Part shown: piece by piece, positions 10,404 to 19,166 of the stretch
How the letters are laid out: every line of letters begins with the position of its first letter
How positions within the stretch are numbered: the first letter of the stretch is position 1
NCBI GenBank assembly: GCA_038106575.1
Contig: JAYOED010000004.1
Coordinates: forward strand, 7,458 to 54,194
From: Burkholderiales bacterium
GTDB taxonomy: Bacteria; Pseudomonadota; Gammaproteobacteria; Burkholderiales; SG8-41
Length of the DNA stretch: 46,737 nucleotides
Direction of reading: 5' to 3'
Made by a program: the position numbers and the translations under genes
The notes under the pieces: model-generated
The model's input: the letters and a program-made list of their open reading frames with translations, nothing else
Databases searched by the model: none
Told to the model about the DNA's origin: nothing

Positions 10404-10961
10404 TCAACCTTGTTTTGGAATGAATTTCAATGCTACACCGTTGTTGCACCAGCGCTGCCGGGTCGGCAGCGGTCCGTCTTCGAAGACATGGCCGTGGTGG
10501 CCACCGCAGCGTGCGCAATGATATTCGGTGCGCGGCAGGATCAGTTTGTAGTCAGTCTTGGTGGCAAAGGCGCCGGGTATGGTGGTGAAAAAACTCGGCC
10601 AGCCGGTTCCGGATTCGTATTTCATCTCGGAAGTGAAGACCGGAAGATCGCAGCCGGCGCAGACAAATACCCCTGGGCGCTTTTCGCTATTCAGGTGGCT
10701 GCTGCCGGGGCGTTCGGTGCCTTCATTGCGCAGCACGATGTATTGCGCCGCATTTAGGCGCTTGCGCCATTCATCATCCGCCAGTTTTAGCGGTTGAGCA
10801 GCAGAGGGCGCCTTGAAGTTCGTGGCTAGCAGTGACCGCCAGTTTTTCTGCAGTGCCTCGATGTCCGTCATCGAACTGACCGGGGTGGCCAGTGCCATCC
10901 GTGCCAGCGTTGATCCCAGCGCCGTCAGCGCCAGACCTTGCAGAAATCCGCGTCGCTTCAT
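10404..10961 (-). CDS. msrB: Methionine-R-sulfoxide reductase B with Tat signal peptide
   Basis: GTERP, CAGC, KYESGTGWPSF, CARCGGHHGHVFEDGP, RWCNN; N-terminus MKRRGFLQG. AAGGAG RBS supports the ATG at 10961. Confidence 0.93.
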   Translation of the reverse strand: MKRRGFLQGLALTALGSTLARMALATPVSSMTDIEALQKNWRSLLATNFKAPSAAQPLKLADDEWRKRLNAAQYIVLRNEGTERPGSSHLNSEKRPGVFVCAGCDLPVFTSEMKYESGTGWPSFFTTIPGAFATKTDYKLILPRTEYHCARCGGHHGHVFEDGPLPTRQRWCNNGVALKFIPKQG

Positions 10962-11128
10962 GTCCGTGCTCTCCTTTGTAGCCATCTGACCTAGGGTCGA
11001 GCTGAAAATTCCTCAATCACGACTGCTGATTGTGACATGGCCACAGTCGGGGTATCCGCAAAATCCTTACTCCTGGGGACGGCTGGCAGGGCGGATGCGA
11101 TAATCCTGCGTCCCCAAGCGAGCGGAAC

Positions 11129-12118
11129 ATGAAAGCTATACAGATCCATCAGTACGGCGGTCCGGAAGTCCTGCGCCATGTCGATATTCCGGTGCCGGCC
11201 GCGGCTCCAGGTACCTTGCTGGTTCGGATGCACCACGCCGGCATCAACTTCATGGACATTCACACCCGGCAGGGCAAGTACGCAAAGTCGCAAACTTATC
11301 CGGTGCGGCTGCCATGCACGCTGGGCATGGAGGGTGCTGGCGTTGTTGAGGCGTTGGGCGAAGGCGTGAACACGCACCGCATTGGTGATCGCGTGGCGTG
11401 GTGCATCGTCTGGGGTAGCTATGCCGAATACGCGGTGGTGCCGGCGTGGCGGGCGGCAAAGGTGCCGGTTGCGGTGCCGCTCGATCTCGCCGCAGTTTCC
11501 GTTTTCCAGAGCCTTACCGCGCACTATCTGGTGCACGACGTCGGCCGGCTCGGCCCGGGCAAGACCTGCCTAGTGCATGCTGCCTCCGGTCGTATCGGCC
11601 AGATCATGATCCAGCTCGCGAAACGCACCGGCGCGTGCGTGCTGGCGACCACCAGTTCCGCGGACAAGATAGAACTGGCTCGCAAACGCGGCGCCGACGC
11701 GGTGTTCCTCTATGAAGGCGGTCGTTTTGCCGATGCTGCACGCGAAGCCACCGGCGGGCACGGCGTCGATGTGGTCTTCGATGCGCTGGGCAAGAGCACG
11801 CTGCGCGACAGTTTTCGTGCGACGCGAAAACGCGGATTGATCGTCAACTACGGCAGTACCGCTGGATCAGTGAGCGATCTCGATCCGCTGGAACTGGGCG
11901 AGGCCGGTTCGCTGTTTCTGACACGCCCACGCCTCGCAGATCACCTGCGCGATGCTGGGGAAATCAACCGCCGCGCCGATGCTGTTTTTGGCGCGCTGCA
12001 GGACGGCTCACTGGTAATCGATATCGCGGGGCGTTATACCCTCGAAAACGTCGAGATCGCACATGATGCCTACGAGCAGCGCAAAATGTCGGGTAAGGCC
12101 GTGCTAGATATCCGCTAA
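11129..12118 (+). CDS. NADPH:quinone oxidoreductase (zeta-crystallin/MDR family)
   Basis: MKAIQIHQYGGPEVL, GINFMD, LGMEGAG, GVDVVFD, GSLFLTRP. Confidence 0.9.
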   Translation: MKAIQIHQYGGPEVLRHVDIPVPAAAPGTLLVRMHHAGINFMDIHTRQGKYAKSQTYPVRLPCTLGMEGAGVVEALGEGVNTHRIGDRVAWCIVWGSYAEYAVVPAWRAAKVPVAVPLDLAAVSVFQSLTAHYLVHDVGRLGPGKTCLVHAASGRIGQIMIQLAKRTGACVLATTSSADKIELARKRGADAVFLYEGGRFADAAREATGGHGVDVVFDALGKSTLRDSFRATRKRGLIVNYGSTAGSVSDLDPLELGEAGSLFLTRPRLADHLRDAGEINRRADAVFGALQDGSLVIDIAGRYTLENVEIAHDAYEQRKMSGKAVLDIR

Positions 12119-12130
12119 AACGCCCGGCGC

Positions 12131-13006
12131 TTAGGCATCCGCCCAGTAAAGCCGTGCCGGATTGTCGACGAGGATTTTTTTGCGTAACGCTTCGTCGTCG
12201 CAATAGAGCGCGAACAGGTCGACCAGTTCACCCTCGTCGGGCATATCGTTGGGTACATTGGGATGTGGCCAGTCGGTGCCCCAGATCACCTGATCAGGCG
12301 CAGCTTCAATGATCGCTCGTGCAATCGGCACCGCGTCATGGAAAGGCCGCTTGCCGCTGGCCGAGACCCGTTCACCGCCGGAAATCTTCACGCAGGCGCG
12401 TTCATTCTTCAGCAGCTCCAGCAGGTTGCGCAGCGGCGCCTGATCCAAACCGCCGGATGATTTGATGCGCCCCATGTGGTCGATGATGAAGCGTACAGGC
12501 AACGCATTAAGCATGTCACGGTATTCTGCGAGGTCCAGCGCGTCGAAGTGCAGCTCGATATGCCAGCCGATATCCTTCACTCGCTCAACAATACGGCGGA
12601 AATAGTGCGGATCAGGTGCACCGCCGAGGTGACGCACGAAGTTGAAGCGAGCTGCGCGTACGCCGCCGGCATGCAGGCCTTCAAGTTCTGCATTACTGAT
12701 GTCCTTGGCGAGCAATGCGACGCCGCGATACGAGCCGTTGCTGTGTGCGATGGCATCAAGCATGGCGCTGTTGTCAGTGCCGTGCGGCGTGGCCTGCACG
12801 ATCACCGCGCGTGATAGTCCGAGGTGAGCGTGCAATTTTGCCAAGCGTTCGCGTGGAGCAGGTTCGCTTGGCGTGTATGGACGCTTTTCGGCGTAGGGAA
12901 ATTGTTCCTGAGGGCCGAAGACATGACAGTGCGCGTCGCAGGCCCTGGGTGGCGGCACATACACTGGTTTCGTGGGATGGGCGACAGGAGGGCTGATGAT
13001 GTTCAT
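12131..13006 (-). CDS. Amidohydrolase_2 family lactonase (2-pyrone-4,6-dicarboxylate lactonase LigI-like)
   Basis: CDAHCHVFGP, VIVQATPHGTDN, IDHMGR, WGTDWPHP. Confidence 0.85.
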   Translation of the reverse strand: MNIISPPVAHPTKPVYVPPPRACDAHCHVFGPQEQFPYAEKRPYTPSEPAPRERLAKLHAHLGLSRAVIVQATPHGTDNSAMLDAIAHSNGSYRGVALLAKDISNAELEGLHAGGVRAARFNFVRHLGGAPDPHYFRRIVERVKDIGWHIELHFDALDLAEYRDMLNALPVRFIIDHMGRIKSSGGLDQAPLRNLLELLKNERACVKISGGERVSASGKRPFHDAVPIARAIIEAAPDQVIWGTDWPHPNVPNDMPDEGELVDLFALYCDDEALRKKILVDNPARLYWADA

Positions 13007-13032
13007 AGTTTGAAAAAGCTCAAAATCAAATT

Positions 13033-13941
13033 CTATGTGATAGCGGGCGAGGCAGGGCTTTCCAGGCAGATCCGCCCGAGCGCTCCGCTGCGGTAATCGT
13101 TGAGTAGCGCGATTGCTGCCTTGTCGAAGTCGTAGCCCCCGCCCTTGATCTTGAAGCTGCGTTTCGCGGCGATAGCTTCGATCACCGCGACGCCGTCTAG
13201 TGTGCCCCCATTGACCGGCGTGCCGTAGCGCGTCGCCAGCAGTTTCGTGTAGCGCTTTAACAACAGTTCGGCGAGAAATATCGCCACTTCCGATTCAATG
13301 TAGGCATTGATGCCGATGCTGTGGCTGGCGGCGAGCATCAGTCCGTCGCCGGGTCGTTCGATCTTCGGCCACATCAGTCCCGGCGTATCGGTGAGGCTGA
13401 CGGTAGGTGAGAGTTCGTAACGCGCCAGCGCTTTAGTGATCGCCGGTTCATTGCCGACCTTGGCCTTGCGCTGTTTCAGCAGCGCATTGATCAGAGTGGA
13501 TTTGCCGACATTGGGCACACCCATCACAAGCAGGCGCAGGGGTTTAGTGGCGTCGTTGCGGTGAGGCGCCAGTTTTTTGGCGGCAGTAACGATTTTTGCG
13601 GCATCGCCGGGCTTTTTCGCTGACAATGAGATTCCGTGTACGCCATTCTGTGCGTTGAAATGGGCCAGCCATTGTGGAGTGACTGAGGGATCTGCGGCAT
13701 CCGCCTTATTTAATACTTTCAGGCACTGGCGCTGGCGCGAATTGCGCAGCGACTCCACCAGCGGATTGCTGCTCGCCATTGGACAGCGTGCATCGACGAT
13801 CTCGATTACCACGTCGTGATCCTTTATCGCCTTTTTGATGTTCTCGACGGCGATGGCCATGTGGCCGGGGAACCAGTTGATCGATATAGGTTGAGAGTCT
13901 GACAAAGCGATGGGCGGGGCTGACTGGGGAGTAGTCCGCAT
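13033..13941 (-). CDS. rbgA: Ribosome biogenesis GTPase RbgA/YlqF
   Basis: INWFPGHM and circularly permuted G4-G1-G3 order: NKAD, GVPNVGKST, DTPG. Start at 13941 or 13962. Confidence 0.92.
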   Translation of the reverse strand: MRTTPQSAPPIALSDSQPISINWFPGHMAIAVENIKKAIKDHDVVIEIVDARCPMASSNPLVESLRNSRQRQCLKVLNKADAADPSVTPQWLAHFNAQNGVHGISLSAKKPGDAAKIVTAAKKLAPHRNDATKPLRLLVMGVPNVGKSTLINALLKQRKAKVGNEPAITKALARYELSPTVSLTDTPGLMWPKIERPGDGLMLAASHSIGINAYIESEVAIFLAELLLKRYTKLLATRYGTPVNGGTLDGVAVIEAIAAKRSFKIKGGGYDFDKAAIALLNDYRSGALGRICLESPASPAIT

Positions 13942-14022
13942 TTTACCCCGCAGTGAATACATAACAAATTGTTTTTATTGAAATAATTGATTACTTGCCA
14001 GATCGGTTATATTCCGGTGTCC

Positions 14023-14346
14023 ATGAATCAGGCCGCCGCGCTCCGCATCGCTTTCGCCGGCATGGTCGCGCTGGGCGTGGCCGTGGGCATCGGCCGATTC
14101 GCATTCACGCCGCTGCTGCCATTGATGCAGGTTGACGCCGGGCTATGCGTTGCTGCCGGAGCCCACGTCGTGCAACTCAATGCTGCGATGACCGCAGCAT
14201 TTGCGCTGGGCCAGATACTTGGCCCTTTGACCGCCAGCCTGATGTTGGAGGCCAGCTGGAGATTTACCAGCGGCCTGGTGCTGGCTTCCGCGCTTCTGGT
14301 AATTTCCGGAGTCATGCTGTGGCGCAGTCCCCGGGCCAAACGATGA
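14023..14346 (+). pseudogene. YbfB/YjiJ-family MFS transporter with large in-frame internal deletion
   Basis: Family N-terminus (AGMVALGVAVGIGRFAFTPLLPLMQ) joined directly to an MFS C-terminal segment (MTAAFALGQILGPL); only 107 aa. Confidence 0.75.
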
Positions 14347-15197
14347 TGAAACCAGCAACCAAGAGCATGCTGCTGATGTCGATCGGCATCGGATTGATCA
14401 CTGCAAACGATGCGGCCACCAAGTATTTGGTTCTGTCCCATCCCATCGGACAGGTTATGTGCCTGCGCCAGGCGGCGACATTGCTGGTGATCATTCCCTA
14501 TCTGCTTTATTTCAATCGCTGGAATATGCTGCGGGTGGTCAACTGGCGTGGACAGCTCGGCCGGGGTGCAATGTTCCTCTTCGGATCGGTGTTCATCGTT
14601 TTGGGACTGGGGGCGCTGCCGCTGGCAACCGCGGTGACCATGCTGTTCCTCAGTCCGATCATCTTGGTGGCGTTGTCGGCGCCGCTGCTTAGCGAACGCG
14701 TCGGAGCGCATCGCTGGGTCGCGGTATTGGGCGGTTTTGCCGGTGTTTTGATCATTATGCGCCCTGGCGGCAGCGCATTCGAATGGGCGCTGCTGCTGCC
14801 GCTGGCGGGCGCGTTCATCAACGCGCTGCGCGACCTGCTGACGCGGCGGTTGTCACGCACCGAAACCTCCCTGTCGATCCTGTTTTGGTCGAATATGGTG
14901 CTGATGGCTGGAAGTGCGTTGACGGCGCCGTTCGGCTGGGTATCCGTCAGTGCTGCAGGCACGGTCTGGTTCATCGCAGCCGGCGCATTCAACATCGGCG
15001 CTCATTTTTTTATTATCGAGGCGCTGCGGGTCGGCGAGGCTTCGGTCGCGGCTCCGATCCGATATACCGCTTTGTTGTGGGCCGCACTGTTCGGTTATCT
15101 GATCTGGGGCGAACTGCCCGGCATCTGGCTGTGGGCCGGTGCTGCGGTCATAGTCGCTAGCAGCCTGTACATGATCCGCATGGAAGGGCGAACCTGA
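14343..15197 (+). CDS. DMT/EamA family transporter
   Basis: About 10 hydrophobic segments; LPLATA, LLSERVG.HRW.AV..GFAGV, AP.RY..L.WA..FG...WGE.P. ATGA overlap with the upstream ORF. Confidence 0.9.
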   Translation: MMKPATKSMLLMSIGIGLITANDAATKYLVLSHPIGQVMCLRQAATLLVIIPYLLYFNRWNMLRVVNWRGQLGRGAMFLFGSVFIVLGLGALPLATAVTMLFLSPIILVALSAPLLSERVGAHRWVAVLGGFAGVLIIMRPGGSAFEWALLLPLAGAFINALRDLLTRRLSRTETSLSILFWSNMVLMAGSALTAPFGWVSVSAAGTVWFIAAGAFNIGAHFFIIEALRVGEASVAAPIRYTALLWAALFGYLIWGELPGIWLWAGAAVIVASSLYMIRMEGRT

Positions 15198-15268
15198 ACG
15201 CATCAGTCGGGCACTGGCCTGGATTTTGCGTCGTGATTGGAAAGATTTGACGGGCTTGGAGAAAAATC

Positions 15269-16051
15269 ATGCTGAAGGGTAAATGCGCCGTCGTTACCGG
15301 CTCTACCAGCGGTATCGGGCTGGGAGTCGCCACGGCACTGGCTGCGCGAGGCGTCAATATCATGATAAATGGCCTGGGAGAGGCTGCGGAAATTGAAGCT
15401 TTGCGCGTCGGCATGGCGCGGGATCATGGCGTCAAGGTGGGCTACGACGGGGCCGATATGACCAAGCCTGCCGAGATCGGTGCCATGATGGCGAAAGCGG
15501 AGCAGATGTTCGGTGCGGTGGACATACTCGTCAACAATGCAGGCATCCAGTTCGTTTCCCCTATCGAGGAATTTCCCCCGGAAAAATGGGATGCGATTAT
15601 TGCCATCAACCTTGTGGCGCTGTTTCATACCATCCGCCACGCCTTACCCGGCATGAAACGGCGCATGTGGGGGCGCATCATCAATATCGCATCAGCTCAC
15701 GCTCTGGTGGCTTCACCTTTCAAGTCGGCCTATGTGGCGGCCAAGCATGGTGTTGCCGGGCTGACCAAGACCGTGGCGCTGGAAACCGCAACCTTTGGCA
15801 TTACCGTCAACGCGATCTGTCCGGCATACGTGCTGACGCCGCTTGTTGAGAAGCAGATTCCGGACACCGCCAGGGCGCGCAGGATTACTGAAGCACAGGT
15901 GATGAGCGATGTGCTGCTTGCCGCGCAGCCAACTAAACAGTTTGTGACCATTGAGCAGGTCGCCGCTCTGGCCTGTTTTCTGGCCGGCGACGATGCAGCT
16001 TCAATTACCGGTAGCCTTCAATCGATCGACGGCGGCTGGACGGCCCAGTAA
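15269..16051 (+). CDS. bdhA: D-3-hydroxybutyrate dehydrogenase (SDR)
   Basis: TGSTSGIG, NNAGIQFVSPIEEFP, ASAHALVASPFKSAYVAAKHG, DGGWTAQ. Confidence 0.92.
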   Translation: MLKGKCAVVTGSTSGIGLGVATALAARGVNIMINGLGEAAEIEALRVGMARDHGVKVGYDGADMTKPAEIGAMMAKAEQMFGAVDILVNNAGIQFVSPIEEFPPEKWDAIIAINLVALFHTIRHALPGMKRRMWGRIINIASAHALVASPFKSAYVAAKHGVAGLTKTVALETATFGITVNAICPAYVLTPLVEKQIPDTARARRITEAQVMSDVLLAAQPTKQFVTIEQVAALACFLAGDDAASITGSLQSIDGGWTAQ

Positions 16052-16058
16052 CTAGGTA

Positions 16059-16403
16059 TCAGTGAAGGGTAGTGTTTTCTGTGGCCACGCGCTGCGTCAG
16101 GTTGAGTAGCATCACGCGACAGCCGATCATGACGATGCCGCCCTTGATGCGATTGTCACCGGTGTCGGTGAATTCAAAATCGTAAGCGCGTTGTAATTGC
16201 AACCGCCCCGCGGCGTTGCGAGCAGGTTTGATGTGGGTAATACCGACGGTGTCGTCGAGAAACAGCACACCTTCGGTGGCGCAGGCTGAATGCGCAGCGT
16301 TCACTGCGGCTTCACGCGCCTGCATGCTGTCCCACCAAAACCAGGCGATTGCACAAAAGCAGGTGAGGAGCAGGATTTCTGTTAATGGGAACATTGCGTC
16401 CAT
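16059..16403 (-). CDS. DUF3301 family small membrane protein
   Basis: N-terminal TM helix, WWDSMQARE.A, LDDTV, R.Y.FEF.DTGDNR..G. Confidence 0.75.
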   Translation of the reverse strand: MDAMFPLTEILLLTCFCAIAWFWWDSMQAREAAVNAAHSACATEGVLFLDDTVGITHIKPARNAAGRLQLQRAYDFEFTDTGDNRIKGGIVMIGCRVMLLNLTQRVATENTTLH

Positions 16404-16504
16404 AACGTTAACAGAGATGGTTACGGAGAGACATCACCATCTGGAACTAGAGGGGGGTAGCGCCCGGATTGGGTTAGACTCAATGGCCTTATCCGGGGGG
16501 CCGC

Positions 16505-17542
16505 ATGATCGAACTTAAGTCACGCAAGCACACTGTCGAAGACCTCGGCAGCGCCATTGAATTCTGTTATGCGAACGGCTGGACCGACGGCCTGCCGGTA
16601 ATCCCGCCGACCGCCGAGCGCATCGAGGCGATGCTGGTTGCGGCCAATCTCAAACCGGACCAGCAGTTGTCCTTCATCGAAAACCGCCAGGTTTCTGTGA
16701 CGGCGGAGAAGGTCGCGATCAATGCGGTGATGGCGGGCTGCAAGCCCGAATACATGCCGGTGATCGCGGCTACCGTCGAAGCGCTGGCAGATCCGCTCTA
16801 TGGTTACCATGGTCCGGCAACCAGCACTGGCGGCTCTGCGGTGTTCATGCTTATCAACGGGCCCATCGCAAAAAAAATCGGGCTTAACAGCGGTGACAAC
16901 CTGTTCGGACCGGGATGGCGTGCCAACGCCACCATCGGCCGCGCGATACGACTGGTCATGCGTAACGTGATTGGCACGCTTCCTGGTGAACTCGATCGCA
17001 GTAGTCTCGGTCATGCCGGCAAATACACCTATTGCATTGCTGAAAACGAGGTAGACAGTCCGTGGCCGGCGTTCCATACCACGCGAGGCTTCAAGTCTGA
17101 GCAGAATGCAGTAACCATCTTTGCCGCCTACGCGCCTCACCAGTACTCGAACGGTCTCAGCGCGACACCGGAGGGTGTGCTGGCAACGGCCTGTGCGCAG
17201 ATGCGGGTCTCCGCCGGTACCAACCGCCAGCCGCAGTATGCAATGGTGTTTGCCGGGGAGCACCAGCTGATCATGAAGAACGGCGGCTGGTCGCGCGAAG
17301 ACGTGCAGAAGTACGTATTCGAAAATACGCAGATGAAACAGGCCGACCTGCAGCGCGCGAACATCAAGCCCGGACCGGTGACCGAGGAAACTGAAAAAAC
17401 CCTGCAGCCGCTGGTACACACGCCCCAGGATCTGCTGGTGATTGCGGCCGGTGGCAGGGCCGGCGTACAGTCGTGCTATATCCCGGGCTGGGGCGGCAAG
17501 AACGGTTCGCAGAGCGTGACACGGGAAATCCGGGTTCCATAA
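16505..17542 (+). CDS. Conserved hypothetical protein (GWTDGLPxxPPT type), partner of the UGSC selenoprotein
   Basis: 345-aa ORF with host-like codon usage; motifs GWTDGLPVIPPT, EKVAINAVMAGCKPEY, RANATIGRA, IAENE. Function unknown. Confidence 0.85.
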   Translation: MIELKSRKHTVEDLGSAIEFCYANGWTDGLPVIPPTAERIEAMLVAANLKPDQQLSFIENRQVSVTAEKVAINAVMAGCKPEYMPVIAATVEALADPLYGYHGPATSTGGSAVFMLINGPIAKKIGLNSGDNLFGPGWRANATIGRAIRLVMRNVIGTLPGELDRSSLGHAGKYTYCIAENEVDSPWPAFHTTRGFKSEQNAVTIFAAYAPHQYSNGLSATPEGVLATACAQMRVSAGTNRQPQYAMVFAGEHQLIMKNGGWSREDVQKYVFENTQMKQADLQRANIKPGPVTEETEKTLQPLVHTPQDLLVIAAGGRAGVQSCYIPGWGGKNGSQSVTREIRVP

Positions 17543-17590
17543 AAATATATTTATAAACAAATACTTATGTAACAACAGAAGGAGAGCGAG

Positions 17591-18124
17591 ATGAGTATCC
17601 AGATCTACGATCCCACGACCGAAGTCAGCGGACGGACGATCAAGTTCGTGCCGCGGCCGAAGTCGTTGAAAGGCCTGCGCGTCGGCCTGGTCGACAACAC
17701 CAAGCACAACTCCGACCAGATCCTGCTGCGCATCGCCGGCATCCTCGAAAAAGAGCATGGCGCGAAGGCGCACGTGATCCGCAAGAAGAAAAGCGCGGGG
17801 TCGGCGCCCAGCCCGGAAATGATTGCCGAGTACAAGCAGAATTGTGATGTTGTCGTCGCGGGGGTCGGTGACTGAGGGTCATGCAGCTCGGGCAGTGTGC
17901 TCGACAGCATAGTATTTGAGCAGCAAGGGGTTCCGTCGGCGTCGATTGTGACGCATGTGTTCACGGTGACGGGCAAGGCGATGGCGCGCACCTGGGGCGT
18001 GCCGGATCTAAAATTCCTGGTAATGCCGCATCCGATCGCCAATCTGACGCCGGAGCAGATGGACCAGCGCGCGGCGGAAATCACGCCGCAGGTGGTGGAT
18101 CTGTTGCTGAAGGGGCAGCAGTAG
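17591..18124 (+). CDS. UGSC-family selenoprotein (Sec95 encoded by TGA 17873-17875), 177 aa
   Basis: AAGGAG RBS before ATG 17591. The frame continues through the TGA as VVVAGVGD-U-GSCSSGSVLDSIVFEQQGVP... to TAG 18122-18124. UxxC motif with a SECIS-like hairpin directly downstream. Confidence 0.9.
17882..17925 (+). promoter_or_regulatory. Bacterial SECIS element (in-CDS stem-loop)
   Basis: Hand-folded as TGC-a-GCTCGGG-cag-TGTGCT-[CGAC]-AGCATA-gta-TTTGAGC-a-GCA. The apical loop (17902-17905) begins after a 26-nt spacer from the UGA and has G at its second position. Confidence 0.78.
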
Positions 18125-18149
18125 GCGGACGGTATATCGCAGTCCGAAC

Positions 18150-18174
18150 AAAAGGGGCCAGATGGCCCCTTTTT
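18150..18174. terminator. Intrinsic terminator closing the selenoprotein operon (likely bidirectional)
   Basis: AAAAGGGGCC-agat-GGCCCCTTTTT, between convergent genes. Confidence 0.88.
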
Positions 18175-18224
18175 ATTGTTTTGACGACAGGTCAGCCAGA
18201 GAGCGGCCGGTCTCAACCAGTTCG

Positions 18225-19043
18225 TTAGTGCCGCGCCATTTCGTATAGCGGCATTACCACCGGCAGCAGCGACTGGATTTCGCTGACGCGCTTGGCCCCG
18301 GCAGGGTGGGTGCTGAGGAATTCCGGCGGTGCATTACCGTCGCTGGCCTTGATCATCTTCTGCCACAGCGTGACGCCTGCACGCGGATCGTAGCCCGCGC
18401 GCGCCGAGAGTTCGAGTCCGATGCGGTCGGCTTCCGTTTCGTCCAGACGGCTGAAGCGGGTAGCGATCAGCGCCTCATATGCGGTGTTGGTCAGATTGGT
18501 TGCACCCTGACTGAGCCCAAGCAGCGCCGCGCCGACGCCGATTGCAGTCTGGGCGGCCATGGCCTGCGATACCTGCTCGCGAGAGTGTTCTCGCAGTGCG
18601 TGCGCGATTTCGTGTCCCATCACGATGGCGATTTCGTCATCGCTGAGACTGAGGCGCGTGATCAGGCCAGAGTGGAACATGATCTTGCCCCCGGGCATGC
18701 AGAAGGCATTCAGTTCGTCGCTTTTGATAGTATTGACCTCCCATTTCCAACCCGGTGCATCGGCACGGAAGGCGCGTGTATGCGGGGTGATGCGCACGGC
18801 GATGGCGCGTACGCGCCGGGTCATGGCGGGATCGGTATTCAAAGTGCCTTTTTTCGACGTATCGGCCTTCAGCTTGGTGTAGGCCTGCAAGGCCATGCGG
18901 TTAAGCTGGCTGGAGGACACCAGCAGCAGTTGTTTGCGCTCGGCGCCAACGGCGCCACCGGAAGTGGTCGATTTGCAGCCGGGCAGCGCGGTCAGCGCCA
19001 TGATTGCGAGCACTGCGGCGGAAAAGCGGAATAGGTGGTTCAT
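18225..19043 (-). CDS. M48 family metallopeptidase lipoprotein (LoiP-like)
   Basis: Lipobox LPGC, NAFCMPGGKI, HEIAH zincin motif, ETEAD, EFLSTHP. Confidence 0.92.
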   Translation of the reverse strand: MNHLFRFSAAVLAIMALTALPGCKSTTSGGAVGAERKQLLLVSSSQLNRMALQAYTKLKADTSKKGTLNTDPAMTRRVRAIAVRITPHTRAFRADAPGWKWEVNTIKSDELNAFCMPGGKIMFHSGLITRLSLSDDEIAIVMGHEIAHALREHSREQVSQAMAAQTAIGVGAALLGLSQGATNLTNTAYEALIATRFSRLDETEADRIGLELSARAGYDPRAGVTLWQKMIKASDGNAPPEFLSTHPAGAKRVSEIQSLLPVVMPLYEMARH

Positions 19044-19166
19044 TGTTGCGTGTTCTCGTGAAGGTTGCGGAGGATTTTATCGCGCCAGAGGCTGTGTTTT
19101 GCGGTCCAAATGTGCCCTGTGCGCGTTCATTCTGCGTAAAATGCGCCCCTTTGACCGCGTAACCAG

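Noticed and set aside
13033-13941. rbgA as an unusual or horizontally acquired gene
   Set aside because: It is absent from E. coli but present in many other proteobacteria, and there are no mobility signals nearby.
16404-16504. Inverted repeats upstream of the selenoprotein operon (AGATGGT/ACCATCT; CCCGGAT/ATCCGGG) as a riboswitch
   Set aside because: The stems are only 7 bp, I recognise no aptamer consensus, and the region must also hold two divergent promoters. An Rfam or covariation search would be needed.
16520-17773. 417-aa antisense ORF over the selenoprotein operon
   Set aside because: No recognisable motifs; it is the typical stop-poor shadow frame of GC-rich coding DNA.
17591-18124. 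Two separate small genes, or a nonsense pseudogene, as in the ORF track
   Set aside because: The same frame, a single TGA at a redox-motif position, a SECIS-like hairpin and no other sign of decay all favour Sec read-through.
6078-18174. Similar sequences GAACAAAAGGG(G)CC...GATGG...CCCTTTTT at about 6078 and 18146 as a repeat or mobile element
   Set aside because: Only two short copies, both explained as intrinsic terminators between convergent genes.
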